Shown piece by piece: positions 26,584-39,212 of a DNA stretch of 64,000 nucleotides (within the stretch, counting starts at the first letter, position 1; each line of letters opens with the position of its first letter). Made by a program: the position numbers and the translations under genes. The stretch is from Lepidodermella squamata (lineage: Eukaryota; Animalia; Gastrotricha), in the NCBI GenBank assembly GCA_047495785.1, contig JBLDXI010000043.1, positions 186,001 through 250,000 of the forward strand. The letters are read 5' to 3'. The notes under the pieces are model-generated. The model was not told the DNA's origin. It searched no databases and saw nothing but the letters and a program-made list of their open reading frames with translations.

Positions 26584-28570
26584 CAGGGTGTTTCAGAACT
26601 CGCGCACTATATGAATAGCATGCGGCAAATGCGCGCGCATTGTTATGCGCATACACTATTATACGCGTATACTATTTTACCTATAAATGTACCACACACC
26701 ACTGTAGTCAGCGTATAAAATATGCGTAATACATAAATGTACAGCATACAAAATAGCACTGCCGTAGTTATTTTCTGGTGGAAACCTTCGAGCCTCGATA
26801 AATTTGAGCCGAGTTTCATTGAATATCATTTTTATTTCGAGGATGATGTCATGTTTTTCTGAAACATGCTGATTGATTGGACTCTGAAGCGAGAGGTTTC
26901 AAAACAATTTCTCAAATTCCGTGGCTGGATATTTCAGAAATTGATGATTTCTGAGAAAATTCTGATTTTACTTGATGTTGAATTTGTCGAAAAATCGCTG
27001 GTTAATTAGTCTCCTGCCTTGGCATCAAAATTTCTTTCACGTTGCATTAATTCAAGGCCCCGACTGCCCATGTTGATAAAAAATGACGTTGATCTAAACC
27101 ACTAGCGAATGTTATACATCAAGCGAAGACAGAAAATGAAGGTTTGCAGTTCATTACGTGGACTTAATGTAGCAATCTGATTTCGTGGATAACTAATCGA
27201 AATTTCCTTGAAATTACAATCAAGAAATCAGGAGCAAAATGTTGAAGGATAAATAGCGAACAATTCATGGCTAGATTTTATACAATCTTCTAAAAACCCA
27301 AGAAAAGGTGAGAAATTGGAATTTTCCAGCCTTCAGGCTCCAGCATCTGCAAAAATCCGTGGATGCCAATTGCATATTTTCACATCACTAAACAGCCAGA
27401 GATGTGCTTAACAAGGCCAGTAAGTCGCGCAAAATTTCTATCCACGGGGTTCGCAAGGAAACGCATGTCAAATGTCACAAAAATCGTCGTAGAGAGGCTG
27501 TTTTCGCTTCAACCGGGTCAACTTTACAACCCTCCCTCTTGAATACCTGTGTATGGATTTTTGATTTCTTGACATCGTTAGATAGCCCAAGATGAGCTCT
27601 ACAAGGCTGGTTGGACGCGCCGAAAGTCCATCCACGGGCATCGCAAGGAGACGCATGTCAAACGACGCGAAAACCGGCGTAGAGAGGCCGTTTTTCGCCC
27701 GCAAACGGGTCATCTTTGGGACCCTCACTCTAAGAATTCCGTTGATCCGTTTCGATTTCTTGATATCGGTAGAAAGCCCAAGAGCTGGTCTACCAGGCTG
27801 GTTTGTCGCGCAAAAATTCTATCCACAGGGTTCGTAAGGAATCGCATGTCAAATGTCACAAAAATCGTCGTAGTTGGGCCGTTTAAGGTAACGTCAATGT
27901 TTTCGCGTCCATTCTTATGCAAGTGGTAAACGACATTTTCCCGTGGAAGCGACTAAGTTTTTGCTTTCAAATTCTAGCTCACGGAAATTTTTAAACTCAA
28001 TCAGAGTGTTGCAACATTACCTTTACTCACGACTTTTTTCACTTCCTCTCAATTTTTACTGCTCTTTTCAAGAGTGAATGAACGTGAAATCAAATTCATG
28101 GAATAAAACAACAGCAACGGCGTAAAAATTACATTATCTGGAATAATTTTCATCATATCTGTTTTGCAAACTCGAAATTATTCAAAGCCGCATTAAGAAC
28201 CTGTCCTGTTGGAGGTTTCTTCATTGAGAAATCGGCAAATTTCCAGATATTTTGAAAGAGCAAGTCTTATTTCCTAGCGATATTCCCATTACTGCAGCAG
28301 CGTTACGGTATATACGCGGTATATACGAGTTCGATTTGCGCATGTTATAAAGCGCGCATACCGCTTGCACGCCATATGGGACGTATAACGCCAACTACAT
28401 AGCATATACGCATTACACGCATTACCGTTTGCGCTAGCCGCGCCTTATACTATGCAAAAATATAAACATATGTGCGCGGAATGAATGCGCAGCGCGCGCA
28501 CGTTTACTCTGGATACCAAGGCAACCATTTGCCGCAGGTTATTTTAGTGCGCAAGTTCTGAAACACCCTG
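26584..28570. mobile_element. Non-autonomous Tc1/mariner-like element (26-bp TIR, TA target duplication)
   Basis: TA|CAGGGTGTTTCAGAACTCGCGCACTA ... TAGTGCGCAAGTTCTGAAACACCCTG|TA; no transposase ORF. Confidence 0.85.
27420..27880. repeat. ~190-bp tandem repeat (about 2.5 units) inside the mariner-like element
   Basis: atccac..gg..tcg.aagga..cgcatgtcaaa..cgtag recurs at ~27440, 27630 and 27820. Confidence 0.8.
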
Positions 28571-28573
28571 TAC

Positions 28574-28768
28574 ATATCGTTAGCGGCGTTGAGAAACTCG
28601 GATTTAGGCTTGTTTACATCCGTTTCAATGTCACGGGTGACAAGTAAATAGCGGTTTTTTTCAACGTGAATGAAGAAAAAAAACAAAATACTTTTTACTT
28701 GTCGCCTATCACTTTGAAATGGAAGTAAACAGGCCTAAATCCGAGTTATTCAACGTCGCTATCGATAT
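28574..28768. mobile_element. Foldback MITE (~75-bp imperfect arms)
   Basis: atatcgttagcggcgttgagaaactcggatttaggcttgtttac... pairs with ...gtaaacaggcctaaatccgagttattcaacgtcgctatcgatat. Confidence 0.8.
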
Positions 28769-29208
28769 CGGTCAATTACAGAATGAAAGTCGACTCCACA
28801 CCAATGATGATTGGTTGATGTCAACAAGACAATTGCCTCTTGAAAACTGGGCCATCGTTGTCAGGGATTATTGAACAGACTTTTTGAATGAGCATCAGCC
28901 ATCGAAACACGACTTTTTTCATGAAGAGATCAGGGTATGAAATGCGTCATGCAGCAACGCTGTAACCAAATGCTGTATATGTTTAATCCTTCCAGGAAGT
29001 AAGAATAGCAATATTTTTTTGAACGCCTGAAAGTGGACAAACTTATCTATTAGAAAAAAACATTTGAGGAGACATAATAGGTAGAATTTCAAAAACAGGT
29101 TTGGGTTTTAGGCTATCTAGGAAACGCGTAGCACTTTAAGCCGTTTCCTTATTCCGGCTCTCAGCACACAACACAGAACGTCCTCTAAGTAGCTCACATT
29201 TAACTAAA

Positions 29209-32200
29209 ATGAATTATTTACTTCAAGTCATGCTATTAGAAGTTCTACTCCATTTTTCCAATGCGAAAGTAACAATGGATGTAGCAATGCCGGATTTGGT
29301 AAGATCGCCATCTGAAGCTACTGGGAACAGGACTCTAGTCAAAATTGTAACTACGGTTTCATACACCGGCTATTACGCAACGGGGCCTATTTGCAGTCTT
29401 GCGGCAATTTCAGCCATAGACCACTTGAGAAACACATCGAATTGGCTGCCGAATTATGAAATCGCATTCGAATTCTTCGATGACATGGTTTGTTTATTTG
29501 AAATTAATTGCCGTATTAATTGCGAATCCTAATTTCAGTGTGATAACAGCGAGGGAATGAAGCAGTTTCTGTCTGAAATGAGGTCAAATTCCGATGTCGA
29601 AGGGCGTTTTCCTCTCACCGTGCTCACTGAATGCATAGACCCTTACCAGTCTCTAGCAGCAATGAGTTTGAAGTTTTTCGACTTCATAGGGGTGAGCCGT
29701 AGTCTCCGCAGATTATCTTAAATTATGTTCGAAATTGCATTCAGCTCACAGTGATTCCTCTGAGTCTCAACGTTGCTGATCGAAGATCTTTTCCTAACTT
29801 CATAGCACTTGGAGAGCAGCCAGATTTTATCTATAAGGCTTTGAGCAACTTTTTGGTTCACATGGGATGGCAGAGAGTTGCGGTGATATCAGAAATCGAT
29901 CCGTTTTTCACACTGGTGAGTCCACTCAGAGCAAGTTAAGAGAATTTTGGAAAAAGCTAAATGAATTTATGAATTAATCAATGAGTTTACTGGTGTCCAA
30001 AATGAGGACAAAGCGCTCCCATTTTTAAGGAAAGTGGAGGCGGAAATGGAGGGCTAGAGCTGAACCATTCTCTGCTTTCATGTTCTTGAAAGCAATACCT
30101 TTTCTATTTGTTTTCAAGTTGTTCTCATGGAATTTTGAATGCGATTGGAAATGCTTACTGGTTTTCGATCCACATTTCCCAAATTGTCTGAAATCAGGTC
30201 ATTTTTGGGTAGGATTCTTTCCAACCCATCAGATAAAGGTAAAGTAAAGAATAAAACACTTTATCCCTGCGTAGAGCGGCTCGAACATTAGCGATGCTTC
30301 AATTGATGGGGATTACACCGGTTTTTCCTCTGTGATCGGCTGCAATATTAATGCTTATGAGACAATTTCGCTTCACCTCTCGTAATTCTTAATCTATTCA
30401 CAGATGGACGGTATACTCGTTGATCAGCTGAATCAGCACACAATTCACCTGCTGTACCGCGAGAAGCTCAGTTTTAACCTAGGCCAAACAGAGTATCGAC
30501 TCGACCACTTTAAAGCTCAAGATCCACGCGTTATCATTGTTCAAGTTTTCAACGGCGCGTTAGCGTGTTGTGCGCTGTATCAGAACGGCTTCTACGGCTC
30601 AAATTACGTCTTTTTATTCTACGGATGGGAAAATATCGGAAATCCGCCAGCAATACCTGAAGGCGAGACGTGGTGCACGATGCAGACGGTCTACGAAGTA
30701 TTGCCCAGTGTAATTCGATACGTTGATGTGGCCATGAACACGGTGCTAGGTCCGGAATTTCACGATTCGTCTAGACAGTCACTGCCGGAATTGAGAAAAT
30801 TCTTGGATAGCCAAATCGACCAGCTAGATCAAGCACCTGGCTACCCTTACTGGCCCGACTTATGCTACGACAGAGCTCTAGCAGTTGGAATCGCGTTGAA
30901 TTTGACTGAAAGTCGATTGAGAAACAGTAATTCCCGTAAAATCTTGAATTTCAATTAAAAAAAAACAATATTCCCCATAGGAAATCAGACTTTATCAGAT
31001 TGGTTTACAAATGGAGAGAATTTCGCGAAAAATGGTGGTCAAATATCAAAGGTCATGCGAGAAACGCTTTTGGACGTCAACTTCACCGGTTTGAAAGCGA
31101 AATACGAATTCGATAAGAAAACAAAGGTCTCAAAAGCTAAATTTCCTGTTGGATTCAGTCAATACTCGGTAAGTGGAAATGAGAGCACAACTAGTTTGAT
31201 TGCATATTCGGTTCCGCTCGAAAATGGAACGAAAGAGCTAATTCTGCGGCCTAGTTCAATGAATTGGCGAACCGAGGGCAATCTACCGCCCAAGGATTCG
31301 CTCATTGTGACTAAGGTTAAGCTAGATTTCATCGGATTGGTCCCAAATGTTATCCTAAAATGTGAGTCCAGATCACTAAGCCGACTTTTATGACTTTTAG
31401 GGTTGCTTTTTCAGGCCTTGCTGCTTTGGGAGCTTTTGTAACTACGTTCTTGCTATCAATACCATTTTCGCGAAAGTTGAAGAGAATATGGCCAGCTTTG
31501 AAGGTCACATGGGTGGATTGTTTTATTCTATTGGGAAATTTGATCATTCTTCTGCATGTCCTCATAACTCCGATCGAATCTTTCAATGATATCCCAAACT
31601 ACTGCCATGGAATTGCGATACTGTGTCAACTTGGCTTCTCCCTATTGATGTCGGGGATAGCCAGTAAAATCCATTACAGACTAGCTAAGGCCCAACAGGA
31701 GCCTAATTTGATCAATGCTATCAACCGATTGTTTCACTTCGAACCTTCTTTCTGCTTATTTTGGACTGCTATTCATGCTATCTTTGTCGGTGTTTTGTTG
31801 CATTTGAGACCATTTCAACTGATTGATGTTCAAAACGAGCTCGAATTTGTCGGGGCTGGTAAGACGTATGCCATTCAAACTTTTCGCCTTGAATGTCACT
31901 CTGATCTTTTCGCTCGGAACTCGTCAACGGCAGTTTTTTCGCTGATCGTGATTTTCCACCTTCTCCTTGCTCTTCGACTGGTTCTCGCAGCGTTTTCCCT
32001 GAAGCACGTTGGGTCGAGTGGAATGAAGCATGTTGACTCTACTAAGCGAGGCTACGCTATGCGCCAAAATACGGTTCTGTTTACTGCCGGACGACATTTA
32101 CATACGCCGAACATGTTGAACTACAATGCAGGTTCGAGAGTGATGGATCGCATCAGTAACTTGACAGCTAACTTTGTATATTACGCTTCCGTTCTTATAC

Positions 32201-32355
32201 TAGCTGGTGTGTTGGTATTGGTGTTAAACTGGTACAATTTACAGCACGTTTTGATAACTGTGGCCGCTACTTCAACAGCTTTAGTTTACTTGAACCTTGC
32301 TCTGGTTTTTCTCCCAAGAATGAGACGTAAAATCGATGTGAAGTCTGAAGATTGA
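29209..32355 (+). CDS. GABA-B-like class C GPCR A, divergent, 6 exons (29209-29487, 29539-29691, 29745-29915, 30404-30935, 30981-31361, 31401-32355)
   Basis: Signal peptide; VFT motifs WLPNYEI..DDMCD, DRRSFPNF, MGWQRVAVI, DPRVIIV, CALYQNGFYGSNYVFLF, YDRALA, NFTGL, PPKD; seven hydrophobic segments in 31390-32355 with TM3 Cys and ECL2 LEC; no Cys-rich domain. Confidence 0.85.
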
Positions 32356-32715
32356 CAGTAATTACTTGGCCTCTAAACTGGAGTTCAAGTTAAATATCTG
32401 AGCGAAATTTGAGCTATAATAATTTAAGCTCAGCTGGATTCGAAATTCCTAATTATAAAGAAGGGCTCAAATATCATCTCATTTATTAACGGGCGAACAG
32501 CTCTGGGTACATATTGATACACATGAGACGCAATTATTGTACATATATTCTCAATAAATAAACCGTTATTTATCATTGCTGCAGCCCAGCGATGGGGCGA
32601 AAAGCTCATTTTTGTGCGAACGATCCTAATAGATTAATCGAATAAATAGGCGTTTACAGAAAATAAACTGAATATTGTCATTCCATCAAAAGCGCTTATT
32701 TTGTTGTTGTTGTTG

Positions 32716-35517
32716 CTAAACTTCTTCGTCAGGAACAACGATGCGCCTAATTGTCTTGTAACACGTGAACGGATCCGAGTAGGTTAGGCCAATCGAAACC
32801 TAGTGATCGTAAAATGAAGTAATTATGAGACGGATTTAGGATCGGAAATTGCCTCTTACCTCATCGGCATGACAGCCTAAATCCTTGCGACGACAATCTT
32901 TGAAGCGACGACAATCTTTGAAGCGACGTGTCGTGGCATTGAAGCACCTAACGTATTTCTGAAACAAACAGCAAATTTAATGTCGATTGAACCTAACGCA
33001 TCATGTCACTACCATTCCGCGTCGATGCTGGCAGTGGATCCAGTTGCGGCGGAACAGAATGTAACGTCTGTAGATTTCGACCTGGTAATTTCACGAAACA
33101 GTGAGCAGCTTAAATGCAAACAAATGAGGCGACTGGTGAGGATTACCTTCTCGTTTCCACTGCACTTCATGTCGTTGCCGATGCATCGAAAATCTCCAGT
33201 TTCTTTACACTAGAAAAAAAATCCGGTTTATTAGCTCAAAACCCTGAAAATGCTCTTGCTAATAAACCCTTTGGCGACGGGTTTATTATCTAATATACAA
33301 TATCTGGGAGCTTTGAAGCGGATAGCGGAAAATATTCGCCTGAAGGCCAGCTATGGAGACCTGAGGCGCAGCCGAAGGTCGGAATAGCGGCCTGAAGGCG
33401 AATATTTGACCTATCCGCGTAAATGCTTCCAGATATAGTTGTTATCCGGATCACTATCCCCGACTATCCTCCCGAAACACCCAATTTTCGTTACAATAGA
33501 GGTACCATCTCAGCCGAAATTATCGTAAATAACGAAATTAAAAAATCCAACTTAAAAAATGTGCATCAAAGTTGCAAAAGCGAATGATTTTCAAACGCTA
33601 ATCATTTTTCACTTTTTCGCTGCGATTCGAAAATGCTTTTTTCACGCCCGTCCGCATCAACATGGATCGCATCAATTTCTCTCAAGCCTATCTCTCGAAT
33701 CGCGAGTTCAGCCGTTCAATCTTAGAAGCCAGGCTGCTAATACGCAAGAAGAATTCCCAGCCAACCAGCCTGTCACCCATCGATGATGGCAGCGAAACGG
33801 TGTCGGCTGGCGACTTGTTTGCTGTAACATCCTCTCTTGGCGCCACTCCGGTGCTCGAGTTGATCTGAGCCCGCTCCAGAGCAAGATCGAGCGCAAGTTG
33901 CGGCTGGCTCAAGTCTCTAAGCAATCGGCGATGATTCTCGGCTACGTTGGATTTTCTGCTTAATCGAACGTGATCCAACGGCCAAAACGTTTCGGCCCGC
34001 TTGTTTCCCGTGCCTTTGCTGCATTCCTTTAATTTTGTTAATTTTCCGCAATTATACCGAATAATAAAATGTAGGGGGTCGCGGGGGTTTCGGCGCCTCA
34101 GTATTTCGTGACTTTTGTTTCCGTGCTCAAATAAATCGAAAATAGGGGTGAATTCTGCCAAAATTTCGAGCCATGACTTGGGTTTAAATCAGCCCGGGTA
34201 TCAAGATATCCTGGCTCAAACAGCCCGGAATAGCAGAAAATATTCCGGGCTGTTTTACGGCGTATTTTCCACTATGATCCGGATAATTTTAGATATTTAA
34301 GAAGCTAAAAAGACGAATTTTGATTACGCAACAATGAAAAACTAGCTATTTAGCTATTTTATTATCTAAAAGTAGATAATAAACCCGTCGCCAAAGGGTT
34401 TATTAGCAAGAGCATTTTCAGGGTTTTGAGCTAATAAACCGGATTTTTTTTCTAGTGTATTTACGCACTTCCTAGCAGGCTGTTATCATTTTGTTACAAT
34501 GAAGGGAGTTATTAGAGACATTTATGAATATTTGATGTCTGAAATTCACCCCTCTGTTGCAGTTTCTTGGAACGTGTTTGACCGATCCCGTGAGCGCGTA
34601 CTCACCAGCCAAGCAGCTGAGTCGGCAGCCTCGCCACACGCCAGTCGTAGATGCGACACACCGCGACAGGATGAGATCTATAATAGCAAAAATGGCAATA
34701 GCAAATTCTGCTGACAAAGAAATTAGTGAAATAAAATTTGAAAGCCCACAATTTTTATCCCTTACCGTAACGGACTGAAACTATTAGCTAAAGGCTGATC
34801 ACGTGACCTTACTTGATGTCACATTGGCTTCACGGGCAGAATTTGAAACACTCACCAGAAATTGGTGTCAGTGGCGTTGCCGTTATATTGCAGCTTTCAG
34901 TCTGCGTTCGAGCGGCATCGATATAGCAATAAGGCCCGGTGGGACGTGACTCGGGATTGCGGCAGTAGTTGCTGTGATTGGCGTTGAGGCCTCTCGGGAA
35001 CTTGAGCATCTCTATGTAGTCGGTTATCCAATTGAGCTGGCGCCAGGGTTGGCAGGTGGCCCCTGATTGTGTCGTAGAAACAGAGCCTTCGTAGTCGTAG
35101 CCACTCGGAGTGAGACGCAATTCCGCTTTGTTGTCACTGGGGCAGGCTGAACGGGCGATCAATCGGTATCTCTTTCCAGGGGTCGCAGAGTTCGATTTAA
35201 AGTCAACAATTGCCTTTTTAGAATAGCTCTTATAGACCTTTCCAGCAGTTGCGTAGCCGTAGGAGCAGTAGCGGAAATAAGGCTGCGTGCCATCATTCGG
35301 GTCACGGAAATCGACGTAGTCGGCGCAAGCATCATTTCTTAGAGAATAGCCACTGACGCCTGAAAGGAAATAGCATGACATTGAATGGCTATCACGGAAA
35401 AAACTAACCCATTCCCACTGTTAGATCCGGTCTTCCGTCGAATCCAAATACCGTACCAGGCTAGATGTAAATAAAATAAATTACAGTAGACAAGTTGAAA
35501 AAGTATACCTGAGAGCT
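32716..35517 (-). pseudogene. 5'-truncated paralog (gene 4): CUB-kringle plus three Cys-rich repeats; one exon interrupted by a TIR element
   Basis: Exons PGTVFGFDGRPDLTVG, ORF 34830-35381 (CUB/kringle), DLILSRCVASTTGVWRGCRLSC, PARKCVN|KETGDFRCIGNDMKC, VEIYRRYILFRRNWIHC, KYVRCFNATTRRFKDC, VSIGLTYSDPFTCYK..EEV*; the upstream exons are replaced by an inverted duplication. Confidence 0.75.
33208..34457. mobile_element. CACTA/CMC-like non-autonomous element, 85-bp TIRs, TA target duplication, inserted in a coding exon
   Basis: TA|CACTAGAAAAAAAATCCGGTTTATTAGCTC... and ...GAGCTAATAAACCGGATTTTTTTTCTAGTG|TA; removal restores KCVNKETGDFRC in frame. Confidence 0.9.
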
Positions 35518-35800
35518 TGCTGGCTTGTACATCGATCGAGATAACTTCACCCAATTACCCGAACCCTTATATCGCCTACAGCAGATGCACTTGGTGGGTA
35601 GTCAGCTCTCAGGTAAAGTTGTCAATCTCATTGCCGCAATGAAGTTATCTTAATATTTGCAATAAACAGCTTGGGATTGTGTTTGGCTTCGACGGAAGAC
35701 CGGATCTAACAGTGGGGTCCGGTAGGTTTCTTTTTTCATTAACTCTCCATTAAATAAGGACCATTTTATCAGCTACCAGTGGCTATGCAATTAGAAACGA
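35516..35800 (+). repeat. Near-identical inverted copy of 36942-37227 (parts of CUB exons and two introns of gene 3)
   Basis: Reverse complement matches over ~285 bp with only a few differences. Confidence 0.92.
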
Positions 35801-35983
35801 AATAAATAACGCTCGTGAAAAAATCTGAAAAACTATCAAAAAGGTATGAACGCGATGTTTGAAGCAATTGAGTTGAAAAATACAAATTGATGTAGTTTTT
35901 CACATACTGTATCACTATTTGAGATGCATTTTACTTTCGTCTTCGATGTTAAATCTTTCATCAAATTTCAAATCATCAACATG

Positions 35984-38720
35984 TCAGATATTAGGAAGAT
36001 TCTCCATGTTCTCTCTAGTATAAACTCTTCTCGATCAGGCAGCTGTTCCAGTTTCTCTCGAAGTCCTTGAACGCGTTGAACAGTTTCACCTACGTAATAT
36101 GAGATCAGAGATCAAGGGCCAGTTCATATCTATGTTTCTTTCATACCCGCTTCTCGCCGGCAGCGCATCGTCCGTTGCAAGTCAGAGCGGTATTTTTCGC
36201 CAAGCATAAGCGAACATTCTTAACGACAGACGGCCAAAAATTGGTAAGAAATAGTTGTCACAAAAAGAGCAACTCACCCCTCTCGGACAAGTCTCGTCGT
36301 AAAGCCGATAGAAACTTAGAAGTTTTCTCTCGCTGGCCAGGCAGCTTTCGCGACACCCTGTGAATCTACCTGTCGTCCTTGACTCGCATCGAACCCGAAC
36401 ATTCGAAACGGGAACTGAGCAAATATCTTGAAATGTTATCACTCGCAGATACACGCAAAATCGATTACCCGGGGGTGAAGACATTGGTGCGATTGTGATA
36501 TTGCATGTTTCTGTCTGCGTCCGCGCTGCATCGATGTAGCAATAAGGCCCAGTTGGGCGGGATTCAGGGTTGCGGCAGTAATTGGCCTGATCAGCTCGAA
36601 TGCCACCCGGGAACTTGAGCATCTCGATGTAGTCTACTATCCAGTCGAGTTGAGGCCATGGTTGGCAGGCGGCGCCAGATTGCGTCGTAGTAGCAAATCC
36701 CTCATAGTCGTAACCACTTGGGGTTATTCTGAGCTCCGCTTTGTTGTCGCTTGGGCAGCTTGATCGCGCAAACAATCGAAAGCCATTACCCGGGTTGGGA
36801 GAGTTTGATTTAAAGTGAACAATCGCCTTGTCTGTAGAGCTCTCGTAGACCTTCCCAGCTGTAGCGCCGTAAGAGCAGTAACGGAAATAGGGCTGGGTGC
36901 CATCGACTGGATCTCGAAATTCGACGTAGTCGAAGCACGAGTCGTTTCTAATTGCATAGCCACTGGTAGCTGATAAAATGGTCCTTATTTAATGGAGAGT
37001 TAATGAAAAAAAGAAACCTACCGGACCCCACTGTTAGATCCGGTCTTCCGTCGAAGCCAAACACAATCCCAGGCTGTTTATTGCAAATATTAAGATAACT
37101 TCATTGCGGCAATGAGATTGACAACTTTACCTGAGAGCTGACTACCCACCAAGTGCAACTGCTGTAGGCGATATAAGGGTTCGGGTAATTGGGTGAAGTT
37201 ATCTCGATCGATGTACAAGCCGGCAAGTTGATGACTCCGCCGCACGTCTCGTTGCCAAACGGCGGTTGCTGCTCGCAGGTTGGACCGCCGAATCCAGGTG
37301 GGCATTTGCAACGATCGCAGTTTTTCGGGTCACGATAGCCCCCGAATTTGCAATTAGGACTAGATCCACTACAACTCGCTATAAATCAAAATGCTGGCTT
37401 CAGTTTGATTCGTTTTACGTTTCTCATTCGTTGAGACTCGACTAAAAGGTAATTTTCAAAATTCTCAACATTCGAGTCGTGAATTTTCTCGGTAAATGTT
37501 TATAAAATTGTGAAACTAATACAAACCTGAGCAGTCGTACTTGAGATTTATCAGTTTGAAATTGTTGAAAGAAGTAATCGGCGCATTCATGGCGCCCACG
37601 TATCGCCAGTCTTTAGGTTGAAAATCGCCGCCATCCTCGAGCGGGTGCGCCATAAGCGCAGCCCCGTAGTCAAACGGCACTCCAAATGATTCTGACTCAT
37701 CGGCGATCAAAGAAGTCCAACTGTGATATAAATATAAGAATAATTGAGATGAGTATCAAATGCCACGGGTCATATCTTGCCTGCCGGGTATCATTATATC
37801 GACGTAGCCATCTCGATCGTATCGTGAATGTTCGTTGCGCTACCAGAAGTCGTAAAGATATTTCCGTGTATTCATAATCAGGAAATTTTTTACCAAATGC
37901 GCAATGTCAGCAAGCATTCGGTGAACAGTCTACAAGAAAGCGAACATTTCTCGGTATTTAGAAGTAGAGCAGGTTTTATATACCTCGATGTTTATATAAT
38001 AATTTCTGGTGTTGTTGAGTGTTTCAACGCCGATGTACGCACTGGAAAAGTAACAGTTTTTTAATCAAAAGCCAGAATGCCCTAGTTAAAATTACTTCAA
38101 GCCGACCTCGTAGACGGTAACTGTTGGCGTTTCCGTGCTGTTCAAAGGCAGAATGACGTAGTCGAGGCAGGTTTCTTGCTTATACATGTCCAGCCCTGCT
38201 ATGGAGCGATTTCTCAACTCTTCGCCTGGGTGAAAAAAACATGGAATTCATTTATTCAACGGATTACTAGCTGGATACTTGTTCCGTTGTCAAATATGAC
38301 AGAAATTAACAGTGATGGCAGTTTTCCGATATCAGGCGCAGCATTCAGGATCGGCTCAGCATCAAGGTTGTGTTTCTCGGCCATATAATTTCGATAGCGA
38401 GCCCGGGCTTCAGGGAGGCCTCCACGCGGGTATTGCTTTACCTTGAATATCTCCAACGGAAGCTGAATAACCGATATTATGAGCAAATTTACAGTATAGG
38501 AAAGGAAGGATTACCGGAGAAAAGCCGTTGTCAATTTTAAGTTGAGAATCTAACTTGTGTAAAGTCAGTCTTATTTCTTCCCGATCACCGGGATATTCGT
38601 AGCCAAACACGACCTCGAATTAAATGAGCCGATGAAATGAAAATGTTTGAACTTAAACAAGCTTACCGATGCGAGAAAGGTCAAGAGAATTGCTGCTGAG
38701 GCTCGCCAATTGTAAACCAT
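35984..38720 (-). CDS. Secreted inactive astacin-like-EGF-CUB-kringle-Cys-rich protein, gene 3, with a longer prodomain-like N-terminus
   Basis: MVYNWRASAAILLTFLASVVFG signal; YKQETCLDY; TVHRMLADIAHL|RNEHSRYDRDGYVDI; FDYGAALMAHP; EGF, CUB, kringle (ORF 36182-36775); last exon VKLFNAFKDFERNWNSCLIERR..NI*; one intron needs a GC donor. Confidence 0.85.
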
Positions 38721-39212
38721 TTTCCTAGCACTTCAAAGTATTTGCAAATAATAATAATCTCCAACAAAATGAAATGAAAATCGTTGACAGAATAAGCTGA
38801 AATTATTTCGAAAATAATCAGGCGCGTGCTGATAAACGCGTGCTGGTAAACGTAAAACCAGCTCTATGCTTCTCATTCATAGAAAAAACCTTATATTTTA
38901 AATGGAGAATTTGAAAAAAGTCGTTTCGCCCCGTTTTTCACATGACAGTCATCAACGTGGTGCGTTTAGGGTAAACACAGTAATCCTGTGAAAAATGGGG
39001 TGAAGCGACCTTGGAAAGCACTTTAGCAAGCTGATAATATCAAATTCAAAACTTTTCCGATCATAGCGGTTGCTGAGTTTGATATTTCTTCCGGCATAAC
39101 CTGCATTTGATGTTGATTGAAAACTATAAAAACACTTCAGTTTCTACATCAATGTCCTGCTGACCTGATGACATTTTACAAACTATTCGTCGTTTCCTAT
39201 TCGACTTCAGCG
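38721..39212. promoter_or_regulatory. Candidate bidirectional promoter between gene 3 and GPCR B
   Basis: 492 bp between divergent ATGs; tandem cgcgtgctg(a/g)taaa at ~38823-38850, TGATAA sites, 26-bp imperfect inverted repeat at 38920-39009. Confidence 0.45.

Noticed and set aside
8739-38720. Calling the minus-strand genes plasminogen/HGF-like or active tolloid/NAS proteases
   Set aside because: Single reduced kringle, no serine protease domain, and no HExxH motif in the spliced models
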